A stretch of 64,000 nucleotides of DNA. Origin: Bryobacterales bacterium. GTDB taxonomy: Bacteria; Acidobacteriota; Terriglobia; Bryobacterales; UBA6623. The notes under the pieces are model-generated. The model worked only from the letters and a program-made list of their open reading frames with translations. It had not been told where the DNA came from and did not search any database. Made by a program: the position numbers and the translations under genes. The stretch spans positions 8,683 to 72,682 of the forward strand of contig JAPPLB010000150.1 in assembly GCA_028819575.1 (NCBI GenBank), given 5' to 3'. Positions 8,342 to 18,886 of this stretch are shown in pieces; the first letter of the stretch is position 1; each line of letters opens with the position of its first letter.

Positions 8342-10150
8342 ATGGCAAACCCAGGACATCGAGTCAAACGGAGCTGCGGCGGCGGGGCCTGCTTGCTGCC
8401 GTTGCTGGTTCTGCTGTTTGCGCCGGCTCTCGATGCCTCCATTTTCGGGTCTATCCGAGGGCTCGTACATGACCAACAGGGAGCGCCCCAGGTAGGCGTC
8501 CTGGTGACGCTGCTGACGCCGGAAGGCAAAGAGTCGCGCCAGGTTCGCACCGATTTCGACGGTGTATTCTCGGTGGATCATGTCCTGCCGGGACAATACT
8601 CCCTGCGAGTAGCCGTGGACCGGTTTCTGCCCGTCACGCGGGACGGAATCCAGGTGAAGGCCGGATTGAGCACGCTGCTGGATGTCAGCCTGCGGGGCGT
8701 GTTCGCCACTCTCCAACTGACCTACCCCGCGGATGGAAAGATCCGCGACATGAGCGACGACTGGAAATGGGCATTGCGCACATCCCTGTCGACTCGTCCC
8801 GTCCTGAGGTTCCGGCGTGTCGAAAGTAAAGAAACCAGGAGCGTGATGCGCAAGTTGGCGGGCCGCTTCAGCGACACCAAGGGCTACGCGCAGTTGAGCG
8901 GCGGCGGCATCAAGCGGTCGGCCTTGGCCAATGAAACGGATCTCGGTACGGCTTTTGCCGTGGCCACATCCGTCCTGGGCGAGAACAGCATCGTCGTGAG
9001 CGGCAACATGGGCTACGGCTCGGCGAACGGCACGCCGGCGGCGGCTTTCCGAACGAGCTACCGCCGCGAGATCGCCGAAGGCATCGCTCCGGAAGTTTCG
9101 GTAACCGTGCGGCAATTGCAGATGCCGATCGCGGCCGGACAGGCAATCTACGGTCCGGGCGGGAATCAGAATGGCCCCTCGCTCGAGACAGTGACGCTCG
9201 GCTTTTCGGATACTGCGCGGCTGGGCGACCGGACCCGGTTCGATTACGGCTTTCTGTTTGAATCGGTCCGCTTCCTCAATCGACTGAATTTTGTCAGCCC
9301 TTATGGACGCTTGGTGTACGAGCTGGGCAAGAACAGGGAAGTGCAGTTGCGCTATGCGTCGGGAGTTCCCCATACGGCGCAGAGAGCGACGGTGGGTGAG
9401 GACGGGACGTTACGCCAGGAAGTTTCTTCTTTGGGCATGTTCCCGAGAATGGCGCTGCGAGACGGCCGCCCGACCGTGCAACGGGCCGAGCATATCGAGA
9501 TCGCCTACCGCGAAGAGAAAGGCGACAATCTGCTCGAACTGGCCGTGTACAGAGACGACCTGAACAACGCAGCACTGTCGGCGATGACTCCAGCCGGGCA
9601 TTTCTCCGGCAGAGAGGTTTTGCCGGACCTTTTCTCCGACAGCTCCACACTGAACGCCGGCAGCTATCAGACCAGCGGTTACCGTGTTTCCTATGCCCGA
9701 AGACTTCGCGACCGGCTTCAGGCGGCCATCGGTTACAGCTCAACCGGTGTCCTCTCTCCCACGAGTTCGCAACTGCAGACGGCGGATGTGAACGAGTTGC
9801 GGCGGTCGCTGAAGGTGAAACGAGCCAGTCTGGTGACCGCGTCTGTTTCAACAACCCTTCCGCGCGCCGGGACTCAAGTCGTCAGCAGCTATCAGTGGTC
9901 GAATCAGTTGGCTGCCATCGCGCCGGATCTCTACAACGATTTCGCTTCCCGGTCCGACCCGGGACTCAATCTCGTTATCCGACAGCCATTGCCGTTTTCG
10001 GACGGCCTGCCGGGCAGGCTGGAGGCGACCGGGTACATCAACAATCTACTGAAGGCCGGATACATTCCAGTCCAGACCTTCGATGGACAGCAGATCTTCC
10101 TTTTACCCGCCGTGCGGAGTTACCGAGGCGCCCTCAGCTTCGTATTCTGA
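8342..10150 (+). CDS. outer-membrane beta-barrel protein with N-terminal carboxypeptidase-regulatory-like domain
   Basis: Signal peptide. CarboxypepD_reg-like segment (GSIRGLVHDQQGAPQVGVLVTLL...DGVFSVDHVLPGQYSLRV). C-terminal OMP beta-signal ending ...ALSFVF. Confidence 0.75.
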   Translation: MANPGHRVKRSCGGGACLLPLLVLLFAPALDASIFGSIRGLVHDQQGAPQVGVLVTLLTPEGKESRQVRTDFDGVFSVDHVLPGQYSLRVAVDRFLPVTRDGIQVKAGLSTLLDVSLRGVFATLQLTYPADGKIRDMSDDWKWALRTSLSTRPVLRFRRVESKETRSVMRKLAGRFSDTKGYAQLSGGGIKRSALANETDLGTAFAVATSVLGENSIVVSGNMGYGSANGTPAAAFRTSYRREIAEGIAPEVSVTVRQLQMPIAAGQAIYGPGGNQNGPSLETVTLGFSDTARLGDRTRFDYGFLFESVRFLNRLNFVSPYGRLVYELGKNREVQLRYASGVPHTAQRATVGEDGTLRQEVSSLGMFPRMALRDGRPTVQRAEHIEIAYREEKGDNLLELAVYRDDLNNAALSAMTPAGHFSGREVLPDLFSDSSTLNAGSYQTSGYRVSYARRLRDRLQAAIGYSSTGVLSPTSSQLQTADVNELRRSLKVKRASLVTASVSTTLPRAGTQVVSSYQWSNQLAAIAPDLYNDFASRSDPGLNLVIRQPLPFSDGLPGRLEATGYINNLLKAGYIPVQTFDGQQIFLLPAVRSYRGALSFVF

Positions 10151-10183
10151 CACTGAGCTCATTCCGAGGCCGCTGAAGAAGTC

Positions 10184-10552
10184 ATGAAGACGCTTTATCT
10201 GGGTTTGGTGTTGGTTCTTGCGGGATTCGCTCCCCAAGCGGACGCCGCCAAGCCCATGACTCGTCTGCAGGTCCTGGTACAGAACGAGAAAGGCGATCCC
10301 GTACCGCGAGCCAGCGTAATCGTGCGGACCGTAAAAGGGAAAAAAAAGAACAAGGTGACTGACACCTTACAACTCAAAACCAGCCAGCAAGGCACCGCGC
10401 CGCTACCGCCAATCCGGCAGGGCCCCATCCTGCTGCAGATACACGCCCGCGGTTACCAGACCTTTGGAGAAACCATCGAACTCACAGAGCCTGAGCAGAC
10501 GGTCAACGTCACTCTGAAGCTGCCTCAAGATCAGGCAACCGTCACGCGTTAG
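10184..10552 (+). CDS. small secreted PEGA/carboxypeptidase-regulatory-like domain protein
   Basis: Signal peptide MKTLYLGLVLVLAGFAPQADA followed by a single beta-sandwich-like unit (ASVIVRTV...ILLQIHARGYQTFGETIEL). Confidence 0.65.
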   Translation: MKTLYLGLVLVLAGFAPQADAAKPMTRLQVLVQNEKGDPVPRASVIVRTVKGKKKNKVTDTLQLKTSQQGTAPLPPIRQGPILLQIHARGYQTFGETIELTEPEQTVNVTLKLPQDQATVTR

Positions 10553-10595
10553 CGGCGGCATTCGGCCTGTATCCCGCTCGACAACCAAGAAAACT

Positions 10596-11201
10596 ATGCG
10601 TCTTTTTGCAGCTCTTGAACTGGACACCAAAGTCATTGCCAATCTCACCGAGTTGGTGCACCGTCTCCGACCCTGCGGAGCGATTTACTGGAGCCATCCC
10701 CAGAGCATGCATCTCACGTTGAAATATATCGGCGACTGGGCTGTGCATCGGGTGGACGTACTCGTACAGGCCCTGCAGCGTGTCAAGGTGCCGCCTTCCC
10801 TCAGCGTGCCTCTGGCCGGTTTGGGCTTCTTCCCCAACCCCCGGAACCCGAAAGTCTTCTGGGCCGGCGCCGAGAATACACCCGCGCTCCGCCGATTGGC
10901 GAGCAGTGTAGACAGCGAGTTGCAGATGCTTGGCATCGCTCCGGAAATCCGTCCGTATTTCCCACACCTCACACTCGGACGCGTCGTCGAGGGCGCCCAA
11001 CTTGACGAGTTGTACCGGAGCGTAGAAGATCTGCCGAGCCGCGAGTTCGGAGCCATATCGCCGGACCGCTTCGTGCTGTTCGAAAGCACGTTGGCGAACG
11101 GCGGGTCGATGTATCGAAAAGTGGCTGAGTTCCCGTTCACCAATGGCGCTACCCCGGTTGACGAGCCCGAGACCGCGCAGCCGGTCGGAGCCGGCAGTTA
11201 G
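10596..11201 (+). CDS. thpR: RNA 2',3'-cyclic phosphodiesterase (2H phosphoesterase, ThpR/LigT)
   Basis: Two HxTx motifs (HLTLKY and HLTLGR) at the expected spacing. Size is about 200 aa. Confidence 0.85.
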   Translation: MRLFAALELDTKVIANLTELVHRLRPCGAIYWSHPQSMHLTLKYIGDWAVHRVDVLVQALQRVKVPPSLSVPLAGLGFFPNPRNPKVFWAGAENTPALRRLASSVDSELQMLGIAPEIRPYFPHLTLGRVVEGAQLDELYRSVEDLPSREFGAISPDRFVLFESTLANGGSMYRKVAEFPFTNGATPVDEPETAQPVGAGS

Positions 11202-11499
11202 CCTGCATTTCTCACCACCCGACGGCCCAAGCACGCGATAACAGGCCGTGATTCGTGACTCGTGATTCGTGAGCCCAAAACCCAGGCAGGCGTTACGACC
11301 GTCGCTCATGGGCGTCATTTGTTACGCTTGCGTGCCGTTCTCCATGGGGTAAAGGCCGTGTTGCGTGTCTCGTAACCCGAGGGCCGAAGGAGGCGATACG
11401 GCAAGTACGCCTGCGCACGCCTTTTCCTCCGCCCGGCTTGCGCCTCGTCCTGACGGCCCTCTCACGCACTTCGCCTCGCCACGTGGTGAGAAAGGCAGG
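11198..11499. mobile_element. full-length mosaic MITE-like element (302 bp), inverted orientation
   Basis: TIRs are TTAGCCTGCATTTCTCACCAC and GTGGTGAGAAAGGCAGG (1 mismatch). It carries internal heptads and module A. The left TIR contains the thpR stop codon. Confidence 0.85.
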
Positions 11500-11674
11500 A
11501 TAATCGTGATGCACAAAAAGTTTCACTGATCGGCGTCAATGGGCCGGCCGGCGAACTTCTTTTGCATGCATACTGCGACGAAGCGCAACGACAGCTTGTC
11601 GATCCGGCGGTCAGTTTCGACGAAGATCCGAAACGGAAACGCGTGCCGGGAGAACCCAGGGTCAAGGAGGCGAG

Positions 11675-12943
11675 ATGACGAGTTCAAGCAAACACATCTG
11701 TAGCGCAGTTGCATTCATCATGCTGACGGCTTCATGCTCACATTTCCAGGCAGGCACAGAGTTCACTGCGCTATCGGTACCGTTCGTTGCCCCCAAGGGA
11801 AGCTATGTAACGCAACAGGACCGTTATCACACGTTTCGCATTCCAGGCATGATCGTCTCGCCAGACGGTTCGATACTGCTTTTTGCCGAGGGGCGCCGAG
11901 GAGAGGGCAGCGACCCGAGGCGTGATGAGAACGCACCGATCGATCTTGTCATGCGACGAAGCACCGATAACGGCCGGACCTGGGAGCCCCTGGTGGTCAT
12001 CGATTCCGGTTATCGCCCTGACGGCGGACTGGTCGATTTCGCTGACCCGACTCCGGTGCTTGACGCGACGACCGGCACAGTGTTCTTGTTCTACGGACAG
12101 TGGCCGGACATTGCTCCGATTACCGTCGACTACGGACAGAGCACCGACCCCGATGACGGCAACCATGTCGTTTGGGTCCGCTCGAGCAGCGACAACGGCA
12201 TGACGTGGTCGGATCGTGAGCAAATCGTGTATCCGGACGAACCCCACGAGACGAGCGACGGGCTCTATTGGAGACAGGCTGAGCCCGGTCCGGGCAACGG
12301 CATCCAACTCCGATGGCAGGACGACTCGGGCGCACCCAATGGCCGACTGATCATTCCGGCCAAGCGAAGCGGCTCGAAAACTCCGAATGGAGAAGTTACG
12401 GTCGAGCCGTTCGTCTATTACTCCGATGACCACGGCAAGACCTGGCGTGTCGGCAACGTCACACCGGGACCGGATGCCAACGAGGATGAAGTTGTCGAGC
12501 TGACCGACGGCAGCGTACTACTGGATGCCCGGCAGAACAGTGGTGATTTCAGGCGGCGCCATCTGAGCACGGACGGCGGTGTCACGTGGGAAGCTGATCG
12601 ACCGGACGACATACCCATCACGGCGGTAGACGGCTCACTGGCGCGCTATTCCGCCGCACGCAGCATGCATGACCGGGATCGACTGCTTTTCTCCGGCCCG
12701 CGGGGTGAAGGCGGCCTCAACCGCAACAATATCACGGTCTGGACCAGCTACGACGAGGGAAAGACCTTCACGAATCCGGTTCAGTTCAACACCGGGTTTG
12801 CAGCCTACTCGGTACTGCAACGCTTGTCTGACGGCAAGATCGGAATGGTCGTCGAAACCGCGCAAGACGAGGGTGTCCGATACGGGGAGATCACGTTCTA
12901 TCGTTTCGACATCGCTGAATTGGAAAACAAGGACAGGGACTGA
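11675..12943 (+). CDS. exo-alpha-sialidase (BNR/Asp-box, GH33-like) lipoprotein
   Basis: Lipobox LTASC. The FRIP motif is present as FRIPGM. Four Asp-boxes: SxDxGxTW as STDNGRTW, SSDNGMTW, SDDHGKTW and STDGGVTW. Confidence 0.9.
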   Translation: MTSSSKHICSAVAFIMLTASCSHFQAGTEFTALSVPFVAPKGSYVTQQDRYHTFRIPGMIVSPDGSILLFAEGRRGEGSDPRRDENAPIDLVMRRSTDNGRTWEPLVVIDSGYRPDGGLVDFADPTPVLDATTGTVFLFYGQWPDIAPITVDYGQSTDPDDGNHVVWVRSSSDNGMTWSDREQIVYPDEPHETSDGLYWRQAEPGPGNGIQLRWQDDSGAPNGRLIIPAKRSGSKTPNGEVTVEPFVYYSDDHGKTWRVGNVTPGPDANEDEVVELTDGSVLLDARQNSGDFRRRHLSTDGGVTWEADRPDDIPITAVDGSLARYSAARSMHDRDRLLFSGPRGEGGLNRNNITVWTSYDEGKTFTNPVQFNTGFAAYSVLQRLSDGKIGMVVETAQDEGVRYGEITFYRFDIAELENKDRD

Positions 12944-13291
12944 CAGGGCGTGGCGAGGAAAGCTGGGCAATGCGTTCCCTCTAACGAACGAGCGGCCGCC
13001 GCTCTCAGAAGCCGATATAGGTGTCAGAGTACGGATCGTGCTCACCACAAGACAGCTCGCGCGAAATCGCCTGCCCATTGGCTGCTCCTCGATTGGGGCC
13101 ACCTAAAAAGCTCGGGCGAGAGCCGATCTGCTCCCGCTCTGAGCGTTGTGCCGAGAGTCGCGCCTGTTAACAGCTTTTCCGTGAATGCTGCTCGAGACTC
13201 CCTTCAACTCTCCGACGTACCTCGCTGTCCGATCATACACACGCGTTGAGGTCGGATCGGACATGATTTGCTAGAAAGTAGATCAACCGCC

Positions 13292-14215
13292 ATGACAATT
13301 CGTGAAATCCATCAATCCGGTCCATATCGGTATAGCTACTCGCCGTTTCATCCGCCCATCGCCACGGTCGAGCCGGGTGAGACAGTGGCGATTCATACCG
13401 TTGACGCTTTCGAGAACAAGATGACACCCGAGGTGCGGCATTTTGCCGATGTCTGCACCTACCCTTTCTTGAATCCGCAAACCGGACCGATCGTCGTCAA
13501 TGGAGCCGAGCCCGGCGACACGCTCGCCGTCAAGATCCACGAAATCACTCCAACCCGCGACCACGCCATAACGGGTACGATTCCGTACTTCGGCGGCCTT
13601 ACATCCACGAAGCTCGACCCGACATTGCAGCCGCCGCTGGAGGAGCAATGGCTGTACCTGCCTATCGACGATGCGGGTATTCACTTCGACGCGCAGAGAG
13701 TGATCCCCTATGAGCCGTTCCTGGGCACGATGGGCGTCGCACCGGAGATTGAAGCCGTCAATGCGCTGACGCCCGACTACTACGGCGGCAACATGGACTG
13801 CGTGGAGACACGGCCAGGCAATGAAGTGTGGTTCCCAGTACACGTCGACGGCGCACACTTCTTCACCGGCGACGCTCACGCCAGCCAGGGCGACGGAGAG
13901 CTTACAGGCGTGGCTCTGGAGATTCCGGCCCGCGTAACGGTGTCGTTCGAGGTGAAGAAAGGGTATGGCGTCAAATGGCCCCGCATCGTGAGCAGTGATT
14001 TTCTCATGGTTGCGGGCAGCGCTCGTCCTCTGGAGGCGGCTGCCCGAATCGCCTGGGTCGAGCTGATCGACTGGATGGTCAACGACTACGGCTTCGACCG
14101 CATGAAGGCCTACCATCTGCTAGGACAGGTAGGGCAAATGCGTCTCGGCAACATGGTCGATCCCAAATACACGATGGTCGCCAAATGCCCTCGGCGCTAC
14201 CTCGACCGCCTCTGA
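13292..14215 (+). CDS. acetamidase/formamidase family protein
   Basis: N-terminal pattern ...PPIATVEPGETVAIHTVDAFE... and ...GGNMDC... are typical of the FmdA/AmdA family. The ATG at 13292 is preferred over the TTG at 13268. Confidence 0.75.
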   Translation: MTIREIHQSGPYRYSYSPFHPPIATVEPGETVAIHTVDAFENKMTPEVRHFADVCTYPFLNPQTGPIVVNGAEPGDTLAVKIHEITPTRDHAITGTIPYFGGLTSTKLDPTLQPPLEEQWLYLPIDDAGIHFDAQRVIPYEPFLGTMGVAPEIEAVNALTPDYYGGNMDCVETRPGNEVWFPVHVDGAHFFTGDAHASQGDGELTGVALEIPARVTVSFEVKKGYGVKWPRIVSSDFLMVAGSARPLEAAARIAWVELIDWMVNDYGFDRMKAYHLLGQVGQMRLGNMVDPKYTMVAKCPRRYLDRL

Positions 14216-14398
14216 TTTCGATTAGGCAGCATACCCTCGAACGACTTGGCCTGGCTCTTCCGATGCTCCGCGTCCGACAGCGCTTGCGCTGTCAGAACAC
14301 ATTGCCCTGTTGGTTGTGCAACGGGGATATTTCAGATGTGCCTGACGTCGTTGCTCAGATTCTCAGAATGGGTTTGTCCGAGCCTCGGGTCTGAACGC

Positions 14399-15868
14399 CT
14401 AGGCCAACAACTTGTGAATGACGTTGCCACCCACATCCGTCAGGCGGAAGTCGCGTCCTTGAAACTTGAACGTAAGCTTCTCGTGGTCCAGGCCAAGTAG
14501 ATGCAAGATCGTGGCTTGCACGTCATGAATCGGAGCAAGATCCTCTACAGCATTGAAGCCGAAGTCGTCGGTTACACCGATCTTTTGACCGGGTTTGATG
14601 CCGCCTCCGGCGAACCACATCGTGAAAGATTCGATGTGATGATTCCGGCCGACCGTCGCACGGAGTTGACCCATCGGCGTACGGCCGAACTCCCCTCCCC
14701 ACACGACCAATGTCTCGTCAAACAGGCCACGCTGCTTGAGATCCTTGATCAGAGCCGCGCAGCCCTGATCGATTTCTTTTGTGACGTTATCGAGACCCTC
14801 GTTGAGGTTGTTGTTGCCGCCGCCGTGATGATCCCAGTCTGTGTGGTAGAGCTGCACGAAACGCACACCACGCTCAACGAGCCGCCGCGCCAACAAGCAG
14901 TTGTTCGCGAACGACTTGGCTCCTGGCTCGGCGCCATACAGATCGAGCGTTTTCTTGCTTTCGCTTGAGAAGTCGATCAGTTCCGGTCCGCTCGTTTGCA
15001 TACGGTAGGCCATTTCATACGAAGAAATGCGTGTAGCGATCTCAAAATCACCCGTTTCCTCGAGGTGCTGCAGGTTGAGTTGGCGGATCGTATCGAGCGT
15101 TCGTTTCTGCCGGCTCGTGCTGACACCCTTGGGGTTCGAAAGATTCAGGATCGGATCGCCGCTGCTTTGAAACGGCACGCCCTGGTGAGTGGTCGGCAGA
15201 AATCCACTGCCCCAATTGAGAGCGCCGCCGCGGGGGCCGCGCGTCCCGGATTGCAGGACGACAAAGCCCGGCAGCTCCTCCGACTCGCTCCCCAATCCGT
15301 AGGTCACCCATGCCCCCATGCTGGGATGCCCAAAACGAGATGAGCCTGTATTGGCGTAAATCTTCGCTGGAGCGTGGTTGAAATTCTCCGCCTTGACGGT
15401 CGAGACGAAGGACAGATCGTCAACTACTCGCGCCGTGTTGGGCAGGCACTCGGAGACGTAGCGGCCCGACTCGCCGTAACGCTTGAACTTGCGCTTCGTG
15501 CCCAATAGCTGCATGGGTTCTTTTTCGAAGCTCTCCATGAAGGCGAAGCGTTTGCCTTCGAGGAACGACTTCGGGATCGGCTTGCCGTCGTACTCCTGCA
15601 GCGCGGGTTTGTAGTCAAAGAGTTCGAATTGACTGGGACCGCCGGCCATGAAGAGGTAAATGACGCTCTTCACTCGAGGGCTGAAATGCGGTTTTTTGGG
15701 CGCCAGAGGATTCCTGACCTCCGGAAGCTCGGCCGCCGAGGCGTTCCCGCGCCGAGACAATGGCGGATACAGCAAAGACGTAAGGGCGATTTGTCCCAGT
15801 CCTACGAAACACTTCTGAAAAAAGTGACGACGGGTGTCGGTTAGCAGCAGAGTGTCATGTGGAGGCAT
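14399..15868 (-). CDS. DUF1501 domain protein (sulfatase-like, Tat-exported)
   Basis: Twin-arginine leader (TRRHFFQKCFVGLG). Conserved DUF1501 blocks: HTDWDHHG and GGEFGRTP. Confidence 0.88.
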   Translation of the reverse strand: MPPHDTLLLTDTRRHFFQKCFVGLGQIALTSLLYPPLSRRGNASAAELPEVRNPLAPKKPHFSPRVKSVIYLFMAGGPSQFELFDYKPALQEYDGKPIPKSFLEGKRFAFMESFEKEPMQLLGTKRKFKRYGESGRYVSECLPNTARVVDDLSFVSTVKAENFNHAPAKIYANTGSSRFGHPSMGAWVTYGLGSESEELPGFVVLQSGTRGPRGGALNWGSGFLPTTHQGVPFQSSGDPILNLSNPKGVSTSRQKRTLDTIRQLNLQHLEETGDFEIATRISSYEMAYRMQTSGPELIDFSSESKKTLDLYGAEPGAKSFANNCLLARRLVERGVRFVQLYHTDWDHHGGGNNNLNEGLDNVTKEIDQGCAALIKDLKQRGLFDETLVVWGGEFGRTPMGQLRATVGRNHHIESFTMWFAGGGIKPGQKIGVTDDFGFNAVEDLAPIHDVQATILHLLGLDHEKLTFKFQGRDFRLTDVGGNVIHKLLA

Positions 15869-16005
15869 GGCGGTACCCTCGAGATGGAGGCGCGGTGACT
15901 ACCTGTTCTCATCCAATATTCAGGTTCGGACCTCCGGCTGCTTCAATGGTATACCTCGACGTGCTGTTGTGGGAAGCGCTTTCTCCGGTCTGTGCTGTTA
16001 TCCGG

Positions 16006-17028
16006 CTAGAGACTGGCGGCAGGAAGTTCTTCCAGGCCTTTGAGGAGAGTGGCTTCGATTTCCTTATTGACGCCCCCTTCGTAGATTTCGCGGGCAACCC
16101 GGATGGCGTTCTTGATGGCGTGGGCGTTCGAGCGACCGTGGCAGATGACGCAGACGCCTTTGACGCCGAGGAGCGGAGCTCCGCCGTATTCGGTGTAGTC
16201 CACCCGCTTGCGGAAGTCCTCGAAGGCTCCGCGCGAAAGCGCATAGCCGAGTTGGCGGGTGAGATTGGCTTCGAGTGACTCGCGGAGCAGAGATTTGACG
16301 GTATTTACGAGTCCTTCGCTGACCTTGAGCGCAACATTGCCGATGAAGCCGTCGCAGACGATGACGTCGGCATGTCCGCTGTAGAGGTCCTGGCCTTCGA
16401 CATTGCCGATAAAGTTGATGGGGAGTTGCTTGAGCAGCGGAGTCGCTTCGCGGGTGAGCTCGTTGCCCTTATGTTCTTCCTCGCCGATCGACAGGATACC
16501 GATGCGGGGATTCTCCCGGTGACAAACGACACGGGAGTAGGCCGCGCCCATGATGGCGAAGTCGGTCAGCATTTCCGGTGCGCAGTCCACGTTCGCACCA
16601 ACGTCGATCAGGACGGCCAGGGTTCCCTTCAAGGTGGGGAAGACCTGTGCAATAGCCGGTCGATGGACACCGGGGAGGACGCCCATGACAACCTTCGATA
16701 TGGCCATTGTGGCGCCGGTGTTCCCTGCAGAAATCAGTCCCTGGGCATAACCGTCGCGCACGAGCCCGGTTGCGACCCGTATCGAGCTATCCTTTGCACG
16801 GACGGCCTTGCCGGCTACATCGGACATCGAGATCACCTCACTGGCGTGAGCAATCTCGATTGGCAGCAGGGCGGCTTCTTCGTACTGGGCGAGTTCGCGC
16901 CTCAGGACGTTCTTACGGCCGACGAGAATGATGCCGAGACCGTATTCGCGGGCGGCCTGGACAGCTCCCTCGACTTCAACGCGGGGTGCCTGATCTCCGC
17001 CCATTGCATCGAGGGCAATCTTGAGCAT
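16006..17028 (-). CDS. plsX: phosphate acyltransferase PlsX
   Basis: [12 protein letters not shown] start and the GNTGA motif. Conserved rpmF-plsX synteny. Confidence 0.95.
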   Translation of the reverse strand: MLKIALDAMGGDQAPRVEVEGAVQAAREYGLGIILVGRKNVLRRELAQYEEAALLPIEIAHASEVISMSDVAGKAVRAKDSSIRVATGLVRDGYAQGLISAGNTGATMAISKVVMGVLPGVHRPAIAQVFPTLKGTLAVLIDVGANVDCAPEMLTDFAIMGAAYSRVVCHRENPRIGILSIGEEEHKGNELTREATPLLKQLPINFIGNVEGQDLYSGHADVIVCDGFIGNVALKVSEGLVNTVKSLLRESLEANLTRQLGYALSRGAFEDFRKRVDYTEYGGAPLLGVKGVCVICHGRSNAHAIKNAIRVAREIYEGGVNKEIEATLLKGLEELPAASL

Positions 17029-17157
17029 CGGTTTCTCGAGCGTGAAAGGAGGGAGCGTAACGATGACGGTATTGTGCCACCCTCGTCAAAACGCGGTCAA
17101 GCAAAACCTCAGATGGCAACGAAACCGTTGCGCGGGACAGTGCGGGACATGTGTCGA

Positions 17158-17340
17158 CTACTCGGTCTCGATTTCGACGACTTCCCGGCCGCGGTATTGG
17201 CCGCACTCCGGGCAGACGCGATGAGGTAATTTCTGGGCGCCGCAGTTCGGACAGAGGCCCTGAGTGGAGCGTTTGAGATGGTCGTGAGCCCGGCGCTTAT
17301 GCGTGCGAGCCTTGGAATGGCGTCGTTTCGGATTGGGCAT
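17158..17340 (-). CDS. rpmF: 50S ribosomal protein L32
   Basis: [19 protein letters not shown] followed by a CxxC...CxxC zinc ribbon. 60 aa. Confidence 0.97.
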   Translation of the reverse strand: MPNPKRRHSKARTHKRRAHDHLKRSTQGLCPNCGAQKLPHRVCPECGQYRGREVVEIETE

Positions 17341-17347
17341 GACTTCC

Positions 17348-17887
17348 CTATGATTTCATCTTCGATCGAAACTCCCGCAGAACGTCCCAACGGGGATCGA
17401 CGAATTTATCTTCGCAACGGCAATCCGCCGAGCCGCGCCTGGCGCCGCAGCGGGGACAGATTCCCGGGCAGTTCTCGTCACAGAGCGCTTGCATCGGCAG
17501 CCATAGCAAGAGTTGCTCGCGAATCACGTCTCCCAACTCGATACCGCGGCCTTCGTAGAACCCCAGATCCATATCGTCCCGTTCGATCCGAATCTCCTCG
17601 GAGCAGGCAATCATCGCCATCGGGTAGTAGAACAGGTCGAAGTTCTCGCGAAGAGTCTTGGACACGGGCTCCAAACAGCGGGCACAACTGCCACCGGCCT
17701 CTCCCTCGATTCTCCCGCGGACTCGAATCGTGCGGGAGCCTGATCGGTCAAGCAACTCCGCAACCCCCGCGGCGCGCAACTCCCCGCTCTGCCGCCAATC
17801 GCTATCAGCGAGGACGATGGCGCCGGGAGCGAACCGGCTATCGAAGGGGACCGTTCGACGCTCAAGCTCTAGGACTTCAATGAACAC
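17348..17887 (-). CDS. yceD: DUF177/YceD family protein
   Basis: Sits immediately upstream of rpmF. C-terminal Cys cluster ([13 protein letters not shown]) typical of YceD. Confidence 0.85.
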   Translation of the reverse strand: MFIEVLELERRTVPFDSRFAPGAIVLADSDWRQSGELRAAGVAELLDRSGSRTIRVRGRIEGEAGGSCARCLEPVSKTLRENFDLFYYPMAMIACSEEIRIERDDMDLGFYEGRGIELGDVIREQLLLWLPMQALCDENCPGICPRCGARRGSADCRCEDKFVDPRWDVLREFRSKMKS

Positions 17888-18337
17888 GGTTCCAGCCTCG
17901 CGAAAGGCCGCACCACAAGCTATTATACCCGACGGGATGCGGCGGCAACGGAAGACCCGAATGCACTGCGCCGGCGGGAAGAGAAGATCTTCGCCGCCGG
18001 CGCAGGTAGGTTCGTATGTGGGAAGAGCCGAGGTTTACCAGAACGCAGTGTGATTCGGGACACGTCGCGGTTCAGGAATTACCTCAACCGCTCTGGTTCA
18101 CCTCTCATCTACAATCAAGACGAACGAACAATGATTTTTTTCGGCAGGAACGTGCGAGAACTGCGAGCAACCTCGCCTGAAGGGGCTCGGGAGGCTTAAA
18201 CTGTTGTTTCATAGGGCTTTTTCGTAATGCTCAAATTGACAGTGATCTGCTGGAAAGACGAAAATGAGGTTGTCCTGCCGTAAGAATGTCTGCCTGATAC
18301 GTCTAATACTTTCAGGCACAGTGGCACCTGGAGCGCT

Positions 18338-18886
18338 GTGCAGTTGAATGGTGAGCATGATTCGGCCCTACGCGAGACGGAGACAGTCTTTGCTTCGTAT
18401 CGAGAGAGCCTGATCCGCTACCTTCGGTACCAGATGGAAGACAACTCCGAAGCCGAAGACATTGCTCAAGAGGCGTTCGTTCGCTACTACGAGTCAAGAG
18501 TCCGAAGAGAGGAGATTCTCCAGCCCCGCGCCTGGTTGTTTCGAGTAGCCCACAACTTGGTGATCGACCGCGGGCGGAAAAAGAAGCCGGAGTTATTGGA
18601 CGATGAGGCTTGGCTGAATGTGGAGCGGCGATTAGCTTCTCCTTCGGCTCCCGCGGACGAAAAAGTCTACATATCGCAGTTACCGTGGCACCGGCTCAGT
18701 AAGATGGAGTTGGAGTGCATGAGGCTGCGGACGGAAGGTTTGAAGCTCCGAGAGATCGGGGAAGTGTTGGGTCTGGCTATCTCAAGTGTCGTCAGTTACC
18801 TGGCCAGAGCCACGAAGAAGTTAGGAGCGACAGAAGTCGGTGAGAATAAGGCATCTCAGCACGGAAGAACTCCTGCTCCGGTGTGA
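18338..18886 (+). CDS. ECF-type RNA polymerase sigma-70 family factor
   Basis: Region 2 (AEDIAQEAFVRYY...WLFRVAHNLVIDRGRK) and region 4 HTH (REIGEVLGLAISSVVSYLARA). Start is GTG or TTG and is uncertain. Confidence 0.88.
   Translation: MQLNGEHDSALRETETVFASYRESLIRYLRYQMEDNSEAEDIAQEAFVRYYESRVRREEILQPRAWLFRVAHNLVIDRGRKKKPELLDDEAWLNVERRLASPSAPADEKVYISQLPWHRLSKMELECMRLRTEGLKLREIGEVLGLAISSVVSYLARATKKLGATEVGENKASQHGRTPAPV

Noticed and set aside
18322-18336. Sigma-54-like promoter TGGCACCTGGAGCGC with correct GG-N10-GC spacing, upstream of the ECF sigma gene and in a window that also encodes a sigma-54 activator.
   Set aside because: The -12 element lacks the TTGC(A/T) context. It ends 2 nt before the putative start codon, so the predicted TSS would fall inside the CDS. 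I saw no upstream activator sites. It may still merit a check if the ECF start is re-assigned.
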